Shown here: positions 18,453 through 28,258 of the stretch, one piece after another
How positions within the stretch are numbered: position 1 is the stretch's first letter
How the letters are laid out: every line of letters starts with the position of its first letter
From: an uncultured Legionellales bacterium
GTDB lineage: Bacteria > Pseudomonadota > Gammaproteobacteria > Comchoanobacterales > Comchoanobacteraceae
DNA length: 64,000 bases
Assembly: GCA_963932595.1 (NCBI GenBank)
Contig: CAWVRI010000007.1
Location: 362 to 64,361, forward strand
Direction: 5' to 3'
Position numbers and translations under genes: made by a program
The notes under the pieces: generated by a model
The model's input: the letters and a program-made list of their open reading frames with translations, nothing else
Database searches by the model: none
What the model was told of the DNA's origin: nothing

Positions 18453-20777
18453 TCACAGGATTTTTTCACAAGGAAGGGCTTTAGCTGCAGAGCTTAGCCC
18501 TGGTTCTGAAGGACCCTCTGAAGCAGCAGCCCCAGAAGCAGGAGCTATATCCAAGGAAATAACCCCTTGTAGACTTTGCATAAGAATTCTAGCCTCTACG
18601 TTCCCAAAAATAAAGTTTAATAAGTTAGCTTTAGCTTGCAAAGTAAAAGGCGTTTTTGTAAAAATAGGGCTAGCTGACCTTTTAAGCATAAATATGACAA
18701 TAAAAAAGTAGGCATTAAATCCATGCGCTAACTTTGTAACCTTAGCCGCCCTCATTAAAGAACATATAACATTAAATTTTGGCAAAGTCATTCCAGTATA
18801 TCTCTGAGTGAACTCCACTGGAAAAACCACCCCATATATTCTAGCTTTTAATATATTAATTCTGCGAGGATATGGAGCCACACCTAAGGTAGACTCACCT
18901 CCGCCGAGCATCATAGCTTTTAATGACGCCACATTGTCACAAATATCCTTTAAAACAGCTTTTTTAGCGTATCGATTTACTTCTGAAATAACTTCATCAT
19001 AATTAGGAGCTTGCAGAATAGAGCTAGACAAAGGTTTGCTTGAATAAATTAACAAATATTGTACCAACGCTACGCACCCACACTTCGCAGCCCACATTAA
19101 GGCAGCCTTGCCATTAGGTAATAGAGTGCGACCTTCAAACTCTAGCTTAGCGCCAGACTCTAATAAATATTGTGACACCGCTACGTGTCCTTCCTCTGCA
19201 GCCCATATTAAGGCAGTCATCCCCATGTCAGATTGAGCCTCCATATTAGCTCCGGCTACTATTAAAAATCGTACCATAGCTAAGTCACCCCGACTAGCAG
19301 CCCACATTAAGGCATTCTTACCTTTGTCATTTTTAGCCTCCAGACCAGCACCAGCTCTTACTAAATATTTTGCAAGCTCTAAGTTCCCCCGACTAACAGC
19401 CAATAGTAAGACAGTCGAGCCATCAGCCTTGGCACAATTCAAATCAGCGCCGGATGCTACTAAACATTTTGCCACCGCTAAGTGACCCTTATGTGCAGAC
19501 CACATTAAGGCAGTATAGCCATCTACCCTGGCAATATTCGGGTTAGCTCCAGCTGCTAATAAATATTCCGCCAGCTCTAGGCATCCACTATGTGCAGCCC
19601 ACATTAAGGCACTCATACCAGATGGGTCTTTAGCATTGATATTAGCGCCTACAGCAATAAGTCTTGTTAATTCTGCAATATTACTAGCTCTAGCTGCATT
19701 AATAATAGATAGCACTTTATCTGCAGCATATGTTAGATATTGTGCCATCGCTATATGGCCCTTCTGTGCCGCATGCATTAAGGCATTATTGCCATATTTG
19801 TCTTTAAGATCCAGCTCAGCTCCAGCGCCAACCAAACATTGCGCCATTTCTATATGGCCATTCTGTGCAGCGTACATTAAAGAAGTAGTGCCTTCGGTCC
19901 TGACAACATTCAGCTCAGCACCAGCCGCTATTAAATATTTCACAAACTCTAAGCTACCATGCTGCACAGCTAGAATTAATATGCTGCTCGACATATCAAG
20001 ACAATACTTCAAATTAGCACCAGATTCTACTAAGTATTCCGCCATAACTAAGCGATCACTGATAGCAGACCATACTAAGGCAGTCTTACCACTCTTATCT
20101 TTAGCATCAATATCAGCTCCAGCTGCTAATAAATATTCTACCATCACTATGCGGCCCATCTGTGCAGCATAAACTAAGGCCTTACTGCCTCTATTTAAGA
20201 AATCAGCACCAGCTTCTACTAAATATTGTGCAACCTCTAAGTGGCCATTCTGTGCAGCATAAACTAAGGCCTTACTGCCTCTATTTAAGAAATCAGCACC
20301 AGCTTCTACTAAATATTGTGCAACCTCTAAGTGGCCATTCTGTGCAGCATACACTAAGGCAGTATACCCCCTATTAAAGCAGCTAATAGGTATAGCATTT
20401 ATCTCAGCACCAGCTTCTACTAAACATTGTACCACCGCCACATGACCCTTTTGTGCAGCATACATTAAGGCAGTATACATGTTATTAGATTTAATCTCCA
20501 AATCAGCGCCAGCTGATATTAACCATTGCACCATCACTACGTGGCCACTCTTTGCTGCACACATTAAGGCAGTCTGGTCAGCATCATAGAATGCGGGAGA
20601 TCTAAAATTTACCTCAGCACCAACCGCTAATAAATATTCTGCAACAGCTACGTGACCCTCATCTGCAGCATACATTAAGGCAGTACCGCCACACTCACCT
20701 ATAAAATTGACATCAGATCCTTCAGCAACAAGAATTTGTAATTCTGAAATATTGTTATCTCTAGCTGCATTAATCAT
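18453..20777 (-). CDS. ankyrin-repeat protein (about 17-18 ANK units) with an unassigned C-terminal domain
   Basis: Near-consensus ANK repeats (TALMYAAQxGHxxVxQYLVxAGAxxN) span about the first 590 aa. The roughly 180-aa C-terminal region has no recognisable motif. Confidence 0.9.
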   Translation of the reverse strand: MINAARDNNISELQILVAEGSDVNFIGECGGTALMYAADEGHVAVAEYLLAVGAEVNFRSPAFYDADQTALMCAAKSGHVVMVQWLISAGADLEIKSNNMYTALMYAAQKGHVAVVQCLVEAGAEINAIPISCFNRGYTALVYAAQNGHLEVAQYLVEAGADFLNRGSKALVYAAQNGHLEVAQYLVEAGADFLNRGSKALVYAAQMGRIVMVEYLLAAGADIDAKDKSGKTALVWSAISDRLVMAEYLVESGANLKYCLDMSSSILILAVQHGSLEFVKYLIAAGAELNVVRTEGTTSLMYAAQNGHIEMAQCLVGAGAELDLKDKYGNNALMHAAQKGHIAMAQYLTYAADKVLSIINAARASNIAELTRLIAVGANINAKDPSGMSALMWAAHSGCLELAEYLLAAGANPNIARVDGYTALMWSAHKGHLAVAKCLVASGADLNCAKADGSTVLLLAVSRGNLELAKYLVRAGAGLEAKNDKGKNALMWAASRGDLAMVRFLIVAGANMEAQSDMGMTALIWAAEEGHVAVSQYLLESGAKLEFEGRTLLPNGKAALMWAAKCGCVALVQYLLIYSSKPLSSSILQAPNYDEVISEVNRYAKKAVLKDICDNVASLKAMMLGGGESTLGVAPYPRRINILKARIYGVVFPVEFTQRYTGMTLPKFNVICSLMRAAKVTKLAHGFNAYFFIVIFMLKRSASPIFTKTPFTLQAKANLLNFIFGNVEARILMQSLQGVISLDIAPASGAAASEGPSEPGLSSAAKALPCEKIL
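20161..20340. repeat. perfect 2 x 90-bp tandem duplication inside the ankyrin gene
   Basis: 20161-20250 is identical to 20251-20340. It encodes the duplicated 30-aa unit FLNRGSKALVYAAQNGHLEVAQYLVEAGAD. Confidence 0.95.
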
Positions 20778-21110
20778 GTTTTGCTCCTGCGTTATATATA
20801 GTTATCCGCTAATAATAATGTAATTACTATATATAACGAATTTACACATTGCAAGAAGCGCAAAATACCTCTGTATTAAGATATAATATCAGCAGCCGGC
20901 TGGCTGGGTCTAGATAATCAAATTTCATTACTAAAGCATACAGGCCAATATAAGCATAGATATGTTGCTTTATTCACAGGCACTATCGTCATAAATCGAC
21001 GGAGTGGCACTGATTTGGTATCAGGACTTCTTCTAGAGTCTTATATAAAAATCCATGAAAGCAGTAAAGTGGCAAAGATTACTTTGTGCTAAGTGTAAAT
21101 ATATATCACT

Positions 21111-22631
21111 TTATACTAGTAACTCTTGCCCAAAAAACTTTTTAATATCTACCAAAATTGCATACAATACCGGTAACACAAATAAAGTCATCACAAAAGC
21201 ACCTAGCGCACCAAAACCAAGGGCTATAGCCATAGGAATTAAAAACTTAGCCTGCATGGAGCGCTCTAAAATCATTGGCAACAACCCTACAAAAGTAGTA
21301 ATACTAGTTAAAAATGCTGGAAATAACCGTCTCACTGCAGCAGCACTAACAGCACTTGCAACATCTTTACTCTTTTGCATATTATTTTCGATAAATTTTA
21401 ACAACACCAAACCATCATTAATAACAATACCAGTTAAAGCAACCATCCCAAATAAACTTAAAATGCTTAAAGGATACCCCATAACATAATTACCAAACGC
21501 TACACCAATAAATGAAAATGGCACTATGACAAAAATTAAAATAGGCTTAGTAAAGCTACCAAATAATATTACCAATAACGAATACATTGCACCTATAGCA
21601 AACACAAAACCTAACAATAAATAATGAATACTAGTTAACATGTCAGCCTGCTTACCTTCAAAACTATAACTAATACCCGGAAATTTTCTCTTGATTTCTA
21701 ACAACACATTTTGCTCTAATGACTGCTGAATGTTTATAGTCTCAGATTTTGGCTCAGCAGCAGCGGTCAAGGTTATAACCCTGAAACCATTCCTTCTAGT
21801 AATATTATTGTTTGTTTTTTCTTTACTAATAACTACAACATCTTTTAATAATACCTCTACATTATCACCAGTGCGTAAAACAAAATGATTAATCTCATAC
21901 TTAGAATCACGCTCAGACTCGGGCAATCTAACATAAACATCAATATCATCCCTACCACGTGATTGCTCTAATACTTTATACCCATAAAAAGCTGATCTTA
22001 TTTGAGAGGAAATATCCTCCGCATTAAACCCTAAAGCCACACCCTTTTTATTTAAGGTGAATCTCCACTCAGCTCGACCCCTAGAAACCCCATCATTAAT
22101 GTCTGACAAAGCTTTATAGCCAGTCATACGCTCACCCAGCCAAACTGCAGCACGCTTTAATTCGTTAATATTTGTATGTTTTAACTCTATCGTTAAATCA
22201 GAATCAGAAGCAGGGCCCTTTTCATTTACTGAAAAACTTATAGCCTCGACAAAAGGCTTATTCTTCCAATTACGCTTCCATAAAGCAATCACATCGCTAG
22301 TACTTATTTCTCTAATCGTAGACTCTACCAAATAAATTTTTGCCTTTACTTTATTACCCTCTACCCTCACAAGCACACCTGTTGCTACATTAGGCTCAGT
22401 AATCTCAGCTATAGCAGCTTTAGCGCTTTCATATAAACTATCTTCCGTATCAGCTATCACGCTCCTACTTACTCCAGGAGCTAAAGAAACTGTTGCAGTT
22501 GCAATATCTGACTCTATATCAGGGAATAATACCATCCCCATCCTGCCACTCGTAGCAAGACTTACAATTATAATGAAAATACTGCAAACTATAGCAAGAA
22601 CCATATACCTATAATCTAAAACTCGATGCAA
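21111..22631 (-). CDS. RND efflux permease, C-terminal half (fragment; TTG start in the track is probably artificial)
   Basis: 506 aa. The porter and TM7-12 region resemble the second half of AcrB-type pumps. It overlaps the upstream fragment by 16 nt in another frame. Confidence 0.8.
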   Translation of the reverse strand: MHRVLDYRYMVLAIVCSIFIIIVSLATSGRMGMVLFPDIESDIATATVSLAPGVSRSVIADTEDSLYESAKAAIAEITEPNVATGVLVRVEGNKVKAKIYLVESTIREISTSDVIALWKRNWKNKPFVEAISFSVNEKGPASDSDLTIELKHTNINELKRAAVWLGERMTGYKALSDINDGVSRGRAEWRFTLNKKGVALGFNAEDISSQIRSAFYGYKVLEQSRGRDDIDVYVRLPESERDSKYEINHFVLRTGDNVEVLLKDVVVISKEKTNNNITRRNGFRVITLTAAAEPKSETINIQQSLEQNVLLEIKRKFPGISYSFEGKQADMLTSIHYLLLGFVFAIGAMYSLLVILFGSFTKPILIFVIVPFSFIGVAFGNYVMGYPLSILSLFGMVALTGIVINDGLVLLKFIENNMQKSKDVASAVSAAAVRRLFPAFLTSITTFVGLLPMILERSMQAKFLIPMAIALGFGALGAFVMTLFVLPVLYAILVDIKKFFGQELLV

Positions 22632-24211
22632 TACCTCAGCATATTTTTTTGCGCCTGCCGTAAAATTGAGACATTAAGATTATGTGTCATCGAAGTTATT
22701 TTTATCATAAGCTTCTGCTTAGGCTCAACTATTTTTATACTAGCCAAATGCGCCGGCAATACAAATAAACTCTCTAATAATGAGATTGCAAAAACAACAA
22801 CTACCACAGCTGGAATATATACAAATATCTTCCCCATAACCCCTGGCACAAAAAATAATGGCAAAAATGCTACAATATTGGTCAAAACACTATATGTAAC
22901 AGGTGATGCTACTTCTTTTGCCCCTATAATTGCTGCATCTAAGGGCGAATAACCACGCAGGCGATAAGAAAAAATATTCTCACCAATGATAATTGCATCA
23001 TCAACAACAATACCAAGAGAGATTATAAAAGCAAACATAGTAATTAAGTTAATCGATAAATCAAAACCAGGAAAAAATATAAACGTGCCAAAAAATACAA
23101 TAGGAATACTTACCCCAACCCATAATGCAAATTTAAAACCCATGAAAAACCCAAGGATAAAAACGACCAAAACAAAACCTATTAAACCATTGTTTTTGAG
23201 TAGCTCAGCACGACCCTGAAATACTTTCGACCTATCATCTAATAATTGTACCCCTATTCGTTTAGGTAAAATATTTTTAATATTCTGTAGCTGCTCATTT
23301 ACTTCAGCAGAAACACCATTTGGAGTCTGATTATCAGCTCTAAAAATATTAATTATGGCTGCATTCTTGCCATTAAAAGTAGCATAATTATTATTATCAA
23401 CTAACTTTTCACTGATAGTAGCAATATATTTCAGCGGCAAACTTGCTCCAAGACTAGAATAAATAATAGGAATATTGCCATACTCACTTGTAACAGCTCT
23501 ATTCTCATTAACTTGTAACAAAATATCACTATTTTTACTACGCACTATTGCACCAGGGGTGTTCAGAGACCAAGAATGTACTTTTTTTGCAATATCTTTT
23601 ATTCCAATCTCATACTTGCTTAAAATATTCTGCGGCACCTCTATATATATCGCAGAATCTGCAAGACCTTTAATCTCTATAGCACCTAGCTTATTATTAT
23701 CGCTTAGGTGATCATATATTTTATTAGCATATTTTTTCAGCTCAACTCTAGAAGCATCGCCATAAATTATCATTTTCACAACTTCAGACTTATGTCTATG
23801 CAATGATACCAAAGGCTTATTTGCGCCGCTAGGCAGGCTAGTTAAACTATCAACCATATTTTTAATTTCTTGGTAGACTACAAAGTCATCTGAACTACTA
23901 CTAAGATTTACAATAACTTTCCCTAATCCTTCACTAGCAGTGCCATTCAGCTCATCTATACCAGCAACCCCAGCTAAAGCATTCTCTATAGGCACTAAAA
24001 TGCTTCGCTCTATCTCAGCAGAACCGGCGCCAGGATGAGAAACAGTAATGATCACACTATCGTCACTGAAATCAGGAAAAACCTCCTGAGTAGTTACCGA
24101 AAAAGCTAAATAACCACCAATAACTAATAAGAATACTATCAAATTTGCAATTACTGGATTAATTGCCATTTTTGCAATTATAGAATTATCACCCCTTAAG
24201 CTTGGCTTCAT
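22616..24211 (-). CDS. RND efflux permease, N-terminal half (fragment)
   Basis: 531 aa. 'INPVIANLIVFLLVIGGYLAF...QEVFPDF' is the typical AcrB-family N-terminus, followed by TM2-6. It ends about 30 nt after an A7 run. Confidence 0.8.
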   Translation of the reverse strand: MKPSLRGDNSIIAKMAINPVIANLIVFLLVIGGYLAFSVTTQEVFPDFSDDSVIITVSHPGAGSAEIERSILVPIENALAGVAGIDELNGTASEGLGKVIVNLSSSSDDFVVYQEIKNMVDSLTSLPSGANKPLVSLHRHKSEVVKMIIYGDASRVELKKYANKIYDHLSDNNKLGAIEIKGLADSAIYIEVPQNILSKYEIGIKDIAKKVHSWSLNTPGAIVRSKNSDILLQVNENRAVTSEYGNIPIIYSSLGASLPLKYIATISEKLVDNNNYATFNGKNAAIINIFRADNQTPNGVSAEVNEQLQNIKNILPKRIGVQLLDDRSKVFQGRAELLKNNGLIGFVLVVFILGFFMGFKFALWVGVSIPIVFFGTFIFFPGFDLSINLITMFAFIISLGIVVDDAIIIGENIFSYRLRGYSPLDAAIIGAKEVASPVTYSVLTNIVAFLPLFFVPGVMGKIFVYIPAVVVVVFAISLLESLFVLPAHLASIKIVEPKQKLMIKITSMTHNLNVSILRQAQKNMLRYCIEF

Positions 24212-25479
24212 TTAGCTTCAACCTTTACCAATTCTTCTTTAACGACAACATCTTGAGACCTATGAAGAACCATACCCTCTTTAGGCACATTTATATTGCT
24301 AGTTATTACTAAATCTCCTGCATTTAGACCATTATCAATATAATAATAGTCGCCATGATCATAAGCCACACTAACTTTCCTAATTACCAACTTATTATCA
24401 ACCAAAAGCCAAACAGAATCTTCATTATGTACAGCAGAATGCTTAATCTTGACCGATTTATTAATCATATGGCCGGCAAGATTAACTTCAACATGATCTC
24501 CTAATAATAGGGAACTTGGGGCAGGACCATTCATACTGCTAGACCTCCATGTTTTTAATTTTTTAAGCTGTAAAGGGTCATCTATTGCAACTACAACTTT
24601 CCCCATTTTTGTTATATCATCTAAATTCCTAACAACTTTTAAAATATATCCAGCAATAATACTGTTATCTCTTGGCATAACAATATCAGCCTTTAACTTT
24701 ACTTTACTTGGATCCAATAGATTTGGCACAAACCAACGCAACTTTTCAATTGGCACCAATAACTCTATCCAAAATTGGTCTATTGATACTAACTCTGCAA
24801 GATCACTACCTACATTAACAATAGAAGATTCGTGCACTGAGCGAGATAGTATCATGGCATTAAATGGACTCTTAATAAAAGTTTTATCATACATTAACTG
24901 CGCATACTCTAGATCTGCCTTCGCACTAGCCAGATTTGCCTCAGCTATTTTTAGATGCGGCTTACGTAATACTAAATCATTGCTTTTGATCTTAGAGCCA
25001 GAAATATTCTTTGCAGCCTTAAACTCTGCTTGCGCAATATTGTATTTACCTAAATCAATATCATATTCAGACTGAGATTTTTTCAAATATGCTTGTTTTT
25101 TTCTTAATTCCATCTCATAAACTTGTGGATCAATATTAATTAATAAATCACCTTCATTTAACAAATAACCTGGCAAAAAATAACTTGCAACCTTGTTGAT
25201 AGACCCCGCAACTTCTGACCTTAATATTATTTTTTTAGCAGCAGTAACTTTGCCAGATTTTACAACTGTTGCTTGGTAGTCAGCAATTACTACCGGCATA
25301 ACCGTTACATACTCTAACTTTGCTATTATTGGAGCAATGTTAGTACTTTTTTGAGTCATAATTAATAGTGCAGAAATAATCATACCCGCACACAATACAA
25401 CCAAAGGCAAGACTATATTTTTATATGTTTTACTTTCTAGCATTATCTTCTTCACTCCAAACATTCCCACCCAAATCAT
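24208..25479 (-). CDS. RND membrane-fusion (periplasmic adaptor) protein, HlyD/AcrA family
   Basis: N-terminal TM anchor, a coiled-coil hairpin (YEMELRKKQAYLKKSQSEY...LASAKADLEYAQL) and a beta-barrel C-terminus. Sits between the OMF and RND genes. The start is uncertain (alternative ATG at 25443). Confidence 0.7.
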   Translation of the reverse strand: MIWVGMFGVKKIMLESKTYKNIVLPLVVLCAGMIISALLIMTQKSTNIAPIIAKLEYVTVMPVVIADYQATVVKSGKVTAAKKIILRSEVAGSINKVASYFLPGYLLNEGDLLINIDPQVYEMELRKKQAYLKKSQSEYDIDLGKYNIAQAEFKAAKNISGSKIKSNDLVLRKPHLKIAEANLASAKADLEYAQLMYDKTFIKSPFNAMILSRSVHESSIVNVGSDLAELVSIDQFWIELLVPIEKLRWFVPNLLDPSKVKLKADIVMPRDNSIIAGYILKVVRNLDDITKMGKVVVAIDDPLQLKKLKTWRSSSMNGPAPSSLLLGDHVEVNLAGHMINKSVKIKHSAVHNEDSVWLLVDNKLVIRKVSVAYDHGDYYYIDNGLNAGDLVITSNINVPKEGMVLHRSQDVVVKEELVKVEAK

Positions 25480-26797
25480 GATAAAGCTTGATGCGATATA
25501 AACTTAAATTATGCCTACCATCTAACATACCGATCTCAAGATTTTGCTTAGCTATCATCTTATTTAAAACCACTAAATAAGAAAGATCACCATACATAAA
25601 CTTACTTTGGCTAGACACAAGATCAGATTTCTTGTGCGCCAATATTTTAGCTAATGATGCAATATTTTTTCTCACAGTTTGCTCATTTATTAAATCTTGT
25701 TTTACTTCTTTTATAGCAGTTAAAATAGTTTCTATATAACTAGAAAAATATTGATCTACCAAAGACTCTGCCCGATTTATAGCAGCATTATCAGCTCCGC
25801 CAGTATATACATTATAACTCGCAGAACCAACAATAGACTTAACCCAGTCTTGCATGCCAAAATTGATAATTGTGCTAGTTATATCAGCAGATAAAGTAAT
25901 AGTTGGCAACATATCAGTCTCGGCATGCTTCCGCCCCCATTTAGCTGAACTAAGCCGGCTCATTGCCGCCATTATGTCCGGCCTATCTTGTAATAATTGA
26001 GATGACAAACCTTTGGCTGGCAAAGCGACAATATTTGGCAAGTCAGATGCCACCAAATCTATTTTTTTTGCCGGACTTCTGCCAGATAAGAGCGCAAGCT
26101 CATACTTTCTAGTAGCTATTTCTGCACTATTAGTTAAAATTTTTGATTCGTGCTGATAAATATAATCTTTAACTTCTAATAATGCATTTATCGAACCATG
26201 CCCATTGCTAAATTTATGCTCTTGTAATTTATTAATTTCATTGTAAGCATGTAAATTTTGCTGCAATATAATATTTTTTTTATTTAAATAGGCTATGTTT
26301 ACCCAATTAGAAATGATTTCATATATTACTGCCATCGCTGCATATTTAGCCTCATACTGTTCTGATAACGCCAAATTATCGTAATATTTATACTCGGCGA
26401 AATCATTACCCCAAAGATCTAAAGTTATTGCTGGAGAAGCCACAAAAGAACTACTAGCTAGAGTTTGTTCGCCACTCGAAAGCGCAGCATCTCTTGCTAA
26501 AGAAATATCTAAAGTTGGGAACATTTCAGCTTTATACTCTAGCGCTAAAGCACGTGCTCTTTTAATCTTGGCCCTGGCACCCTGAAGTGCAAAATTATGC
26601 TCTAAAGCACTCTCTATTATATTATTTAATTCTTGGCTGTTGAATTGACGCCACCAATGAGTTTTAAAGTGCTCCCCTGCAGCTACAGGCAGAGCGCTTG
26701 TTTGAAGCGCAACTTCTTGATCTATAGCCATAGTGTGCTTAGCGCACGAGCTGTATAGAAAAAAACAACAATATAATAAATATTTGCTAATATTCAT
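25430..26797 (-). CDS. outer-membrane efflux factor (NodT/TolC family lipoprotein)
   Basis: Lipobox 'LYSSCAK', a duplicated alpha-helical/beta organisation and about 455 aa. It is the first gene of the efflux operon. Confidence 0.75.
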   Translation of the reverse strand: MNISKYLLYCCFFLYSSCAKHTMAIDQEVALQTSALPVAAGEHFKTHWWRQFNSQELNNIIESALEHNFALQGARAKIKRARALALEYKAEMFPTLDISLARDAALSSGEQTLASSSFVASPAITLDLWGNDFAEYKYYDNLALSEQYEAKYAAMAVIYEIISNWVNIAYLNKKNIILQQNLHAYNEINKLQEHKFSNGHGSINALLEVKDYIYQHESKILTNSAEIATRKYELALLSGRSPAKKIDLVASDLPNIVALPAKGLSSQLLQDRPDIMAAMSRLSSAKWGRKHAETDMLPTITLSADITSTIINFGMQDWVKSIVGSASYNVYTGGADNAAINRAESLVDQYFSSYIETILTAIKEVKQDLINEQTVRKNIASLAKILAHKKSDLVSSQSKFMYGDLSYLVVLNKMIAKQNLEIGMLDGRHNLSLYRIKLYHDLGGNVWSEEDNARK

Positions 26798-26887
26798 GCC
26801 GGTGGTCCTTGGCTGCTAGCACTTAATCCTAAAATATAGAATGATTATTATACCACTTAAATAGCGCAAACGCATGCGAATTTTATG

Positions 26888-27457
26888 CTATAAAATACCC
26901 AAGGCCAGCTTAGCTGCATCATCCATCATGTCTTGGGTCCACGGAGGATCAAAAACCAGCTCAACAACTACATCTTGCACGCCAGGTATGGTTTGCAATT
27001 TTTGCTTTATTTCTTCTACCAAAACTGGGCCCATGCCGCAGCCTGGCGCAGTTAAAGTCATAACTACATGCGCCCGCACGGCACTATCTTCATCATTCAT
27101 AGGCAGTATGTTTACCGCATAGATTAAGCCAAGCTCTACAATGCTAACTGGTATTTCAGGATCATAACAAGTACCTAGAAGCGTCCAAACCATGTCTTTA
27201 GTGCTGCCCTCTAGCTTTGGCATTGCATGCGCAATAGCACTCACAAACTCTGGCCCTAGAGCATCAGCATCTTCACCAGCTATACGCAACATTTTGCCAT
27301 CATAAATCACAGTGTAACTACTACCTAAAGATTGACTAATATATACATTAAAACCCGCATCTAAATTCATCGGGTAAGCATCAGGTATAAGCAGCGCATC
27401 TACCGCTCTATTTAACTCTACTGTTTTACCGCGCAAGTCTGCTATATTACTATTCAT
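26888..27457 (-). CDS. sufT: Fe-S assembly protein SufT (DUF59 domain)
   Basis: DUF59 motif 'CYDPEIPVSIVELGLIY' and 'TAPGCGMG'. It is the last gene of the suf operon. The likely start is ATG 27457 (MNSNIAD), overlapping the sufA end by 8 nt; the track ORF extends to 27517. Confidence 0.75.
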   Translation of the reverse strand: MNSNIADLRGKTVELNRAVDALLIPDAYPMNLDAGFNVYISQSLGSSYTVIYDGKMLRIAGEDADALGPEFVSAIAHAMPKLEGSTKDMVWTLLGTCYDPEIPVSIVELGLIYAVNILPMNDEDSAVRAHVVMTLTAPGCGMGPVLVEEIKQKLQTIPGVQDVVVELVFDPPWTQDMMDDAAKLALGIL

Positions 27458-27806
27458 TGATTTGGCCAACATTTTTTTTATCAATTTGAAAGCTTTTGCC
27501 ACAACCACAGTAATCACGCGCCTCTGGCAAAGTATACTTGAGCTTATAACCTATAATACCTTGCAACTCTATATCTATTACTAAACCAGTTACATAATTT
27601 GCCCAAGCTTCATCTACATATAATATATCTAACACTTTAACATGAGCATGCGATTTATCTCTAAGTGGATCCAACTCAAACTGATAACCAGAACAACCAT
27701 CTGGCTTTAAATATAATTTAAATGCATATGCATTTTCATAAACCTTTAAGTGTTTGTTCAAGTGTTTTTTGGCCGCACCCGTGACTGTAATGTTTAAACT
27801 TTGCAT
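27450..27806 (-). CDS. sufA: A-type Fe-S carrier (HesB/IscA/SufA family)
   Basis: 'GCSGYQF' and C-terminal 'CGCGKSF' cysteines. The likely start is MQSLNITV at 27806; the track ORF extends to 27881. Confidence 0.85.
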   Translation of the reverse strand: MQSLNITVTGAAKKHLNKHLKVYENAYAFKLYLKPDGCSGYQFELDPLRDKSHAHVKVLDILYVDEAWANYVTGLVIDIELQGIIGYKLKYTLPEARDYCGCGKSFQIDKKNVGQINE

Positions 27807-27808
27807 AA

Positions 27809-28258
27809 CTACTCCGTCGATATATTTATACTTTCTTGCTGCAATATTGCCGCCAAAGTATGCCAGGCTAAAGTTGCACACTTTACCCTCACTGGGTAAT
27901 TTTTTACACCTAGCAACAAAGCAATACGGCTATGAGCATCATCTACCTCTGGAAAATCTGCCTCCGCTACTAATGCATTATGAAAATTTTGAAATAATTC
28001 TTCTGATTTACAAGTCGGCATCCCAACAATCACTTCAGTCATCAACGAGGCTGAAGCCATTGCAATAGCACAGCCTGAGCCAGTAAAGCTTGCCTCGGTA
28101 ATAACATTGTTCTCTTGCTTAATATAAACTGTAACTTTGTCGCCACAGAGCGGATTATGACCGTCAAGACTACAGGCACCCTCGGTCTTATGAAAGTTTC
28201 TAGGGTTCTTGCCATGGTCAACTATAATTTGTCTATATAACTCTTGCTCTATACTCAT
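27809..28258 (-). CDS. sufU: SufU-type (IscU/NifU-like) sulfur-transfer scaffold
   Basis: 'LYRQIIVDHGKNPRNF', 'NPLCGD', 'GSGCAIAMASAS' and 'RVKCATL' are colinear with Bacillus SufU. The likely start is MSIEQ at 28258. Confidence 0.8.
   Translation of the reverse strand: MSIEQELYRQIIVDHGKNPRNFHKTEGACSLDGHNPLCGDKVTVYIKQENNVITEASFTGSGCAIAMASASLMTEVIVGMPTCKSEELFQNFHNALVAEADFPEVDDAHSRIALLLGVKNYPVRVKCATLAWHTLAAILQQESINISTE

Noticed and set aside
18453-18470. Possible CaaX prenylation box at the C-terminus of the ankyrin protein (…LPCEKIL)
   Set aside because: The Cys is at position -5, not -4, so it does not fit C-a-a-X.
18349-18711. 120-aa plus-strand ORF at the ankyrin gene 3' end
   Set aside because: It overlaps the ankyrin coding region in antisense. 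Its N-terminus is an AT-rich intergenic translation (MYIVIIISTNIIIII).
19636-20377. Plus-strand ORFs (178 aa and 71 aa) antisense to the ankyrin gene
   Set aside because: They are open only because of the periodic, stop-poor repeat sequence. The 71-aa ORF simply mirrors the 90-bp duplication. The ANK frame on the minus strand is unambiguous.
21055-21489. 144-aa plus-strand ORF overlapping the 3' end of the RND gene
   Set aside because: It is antisense to a well-supported RND C-terminal half, with a low-complexity translation and no motif.
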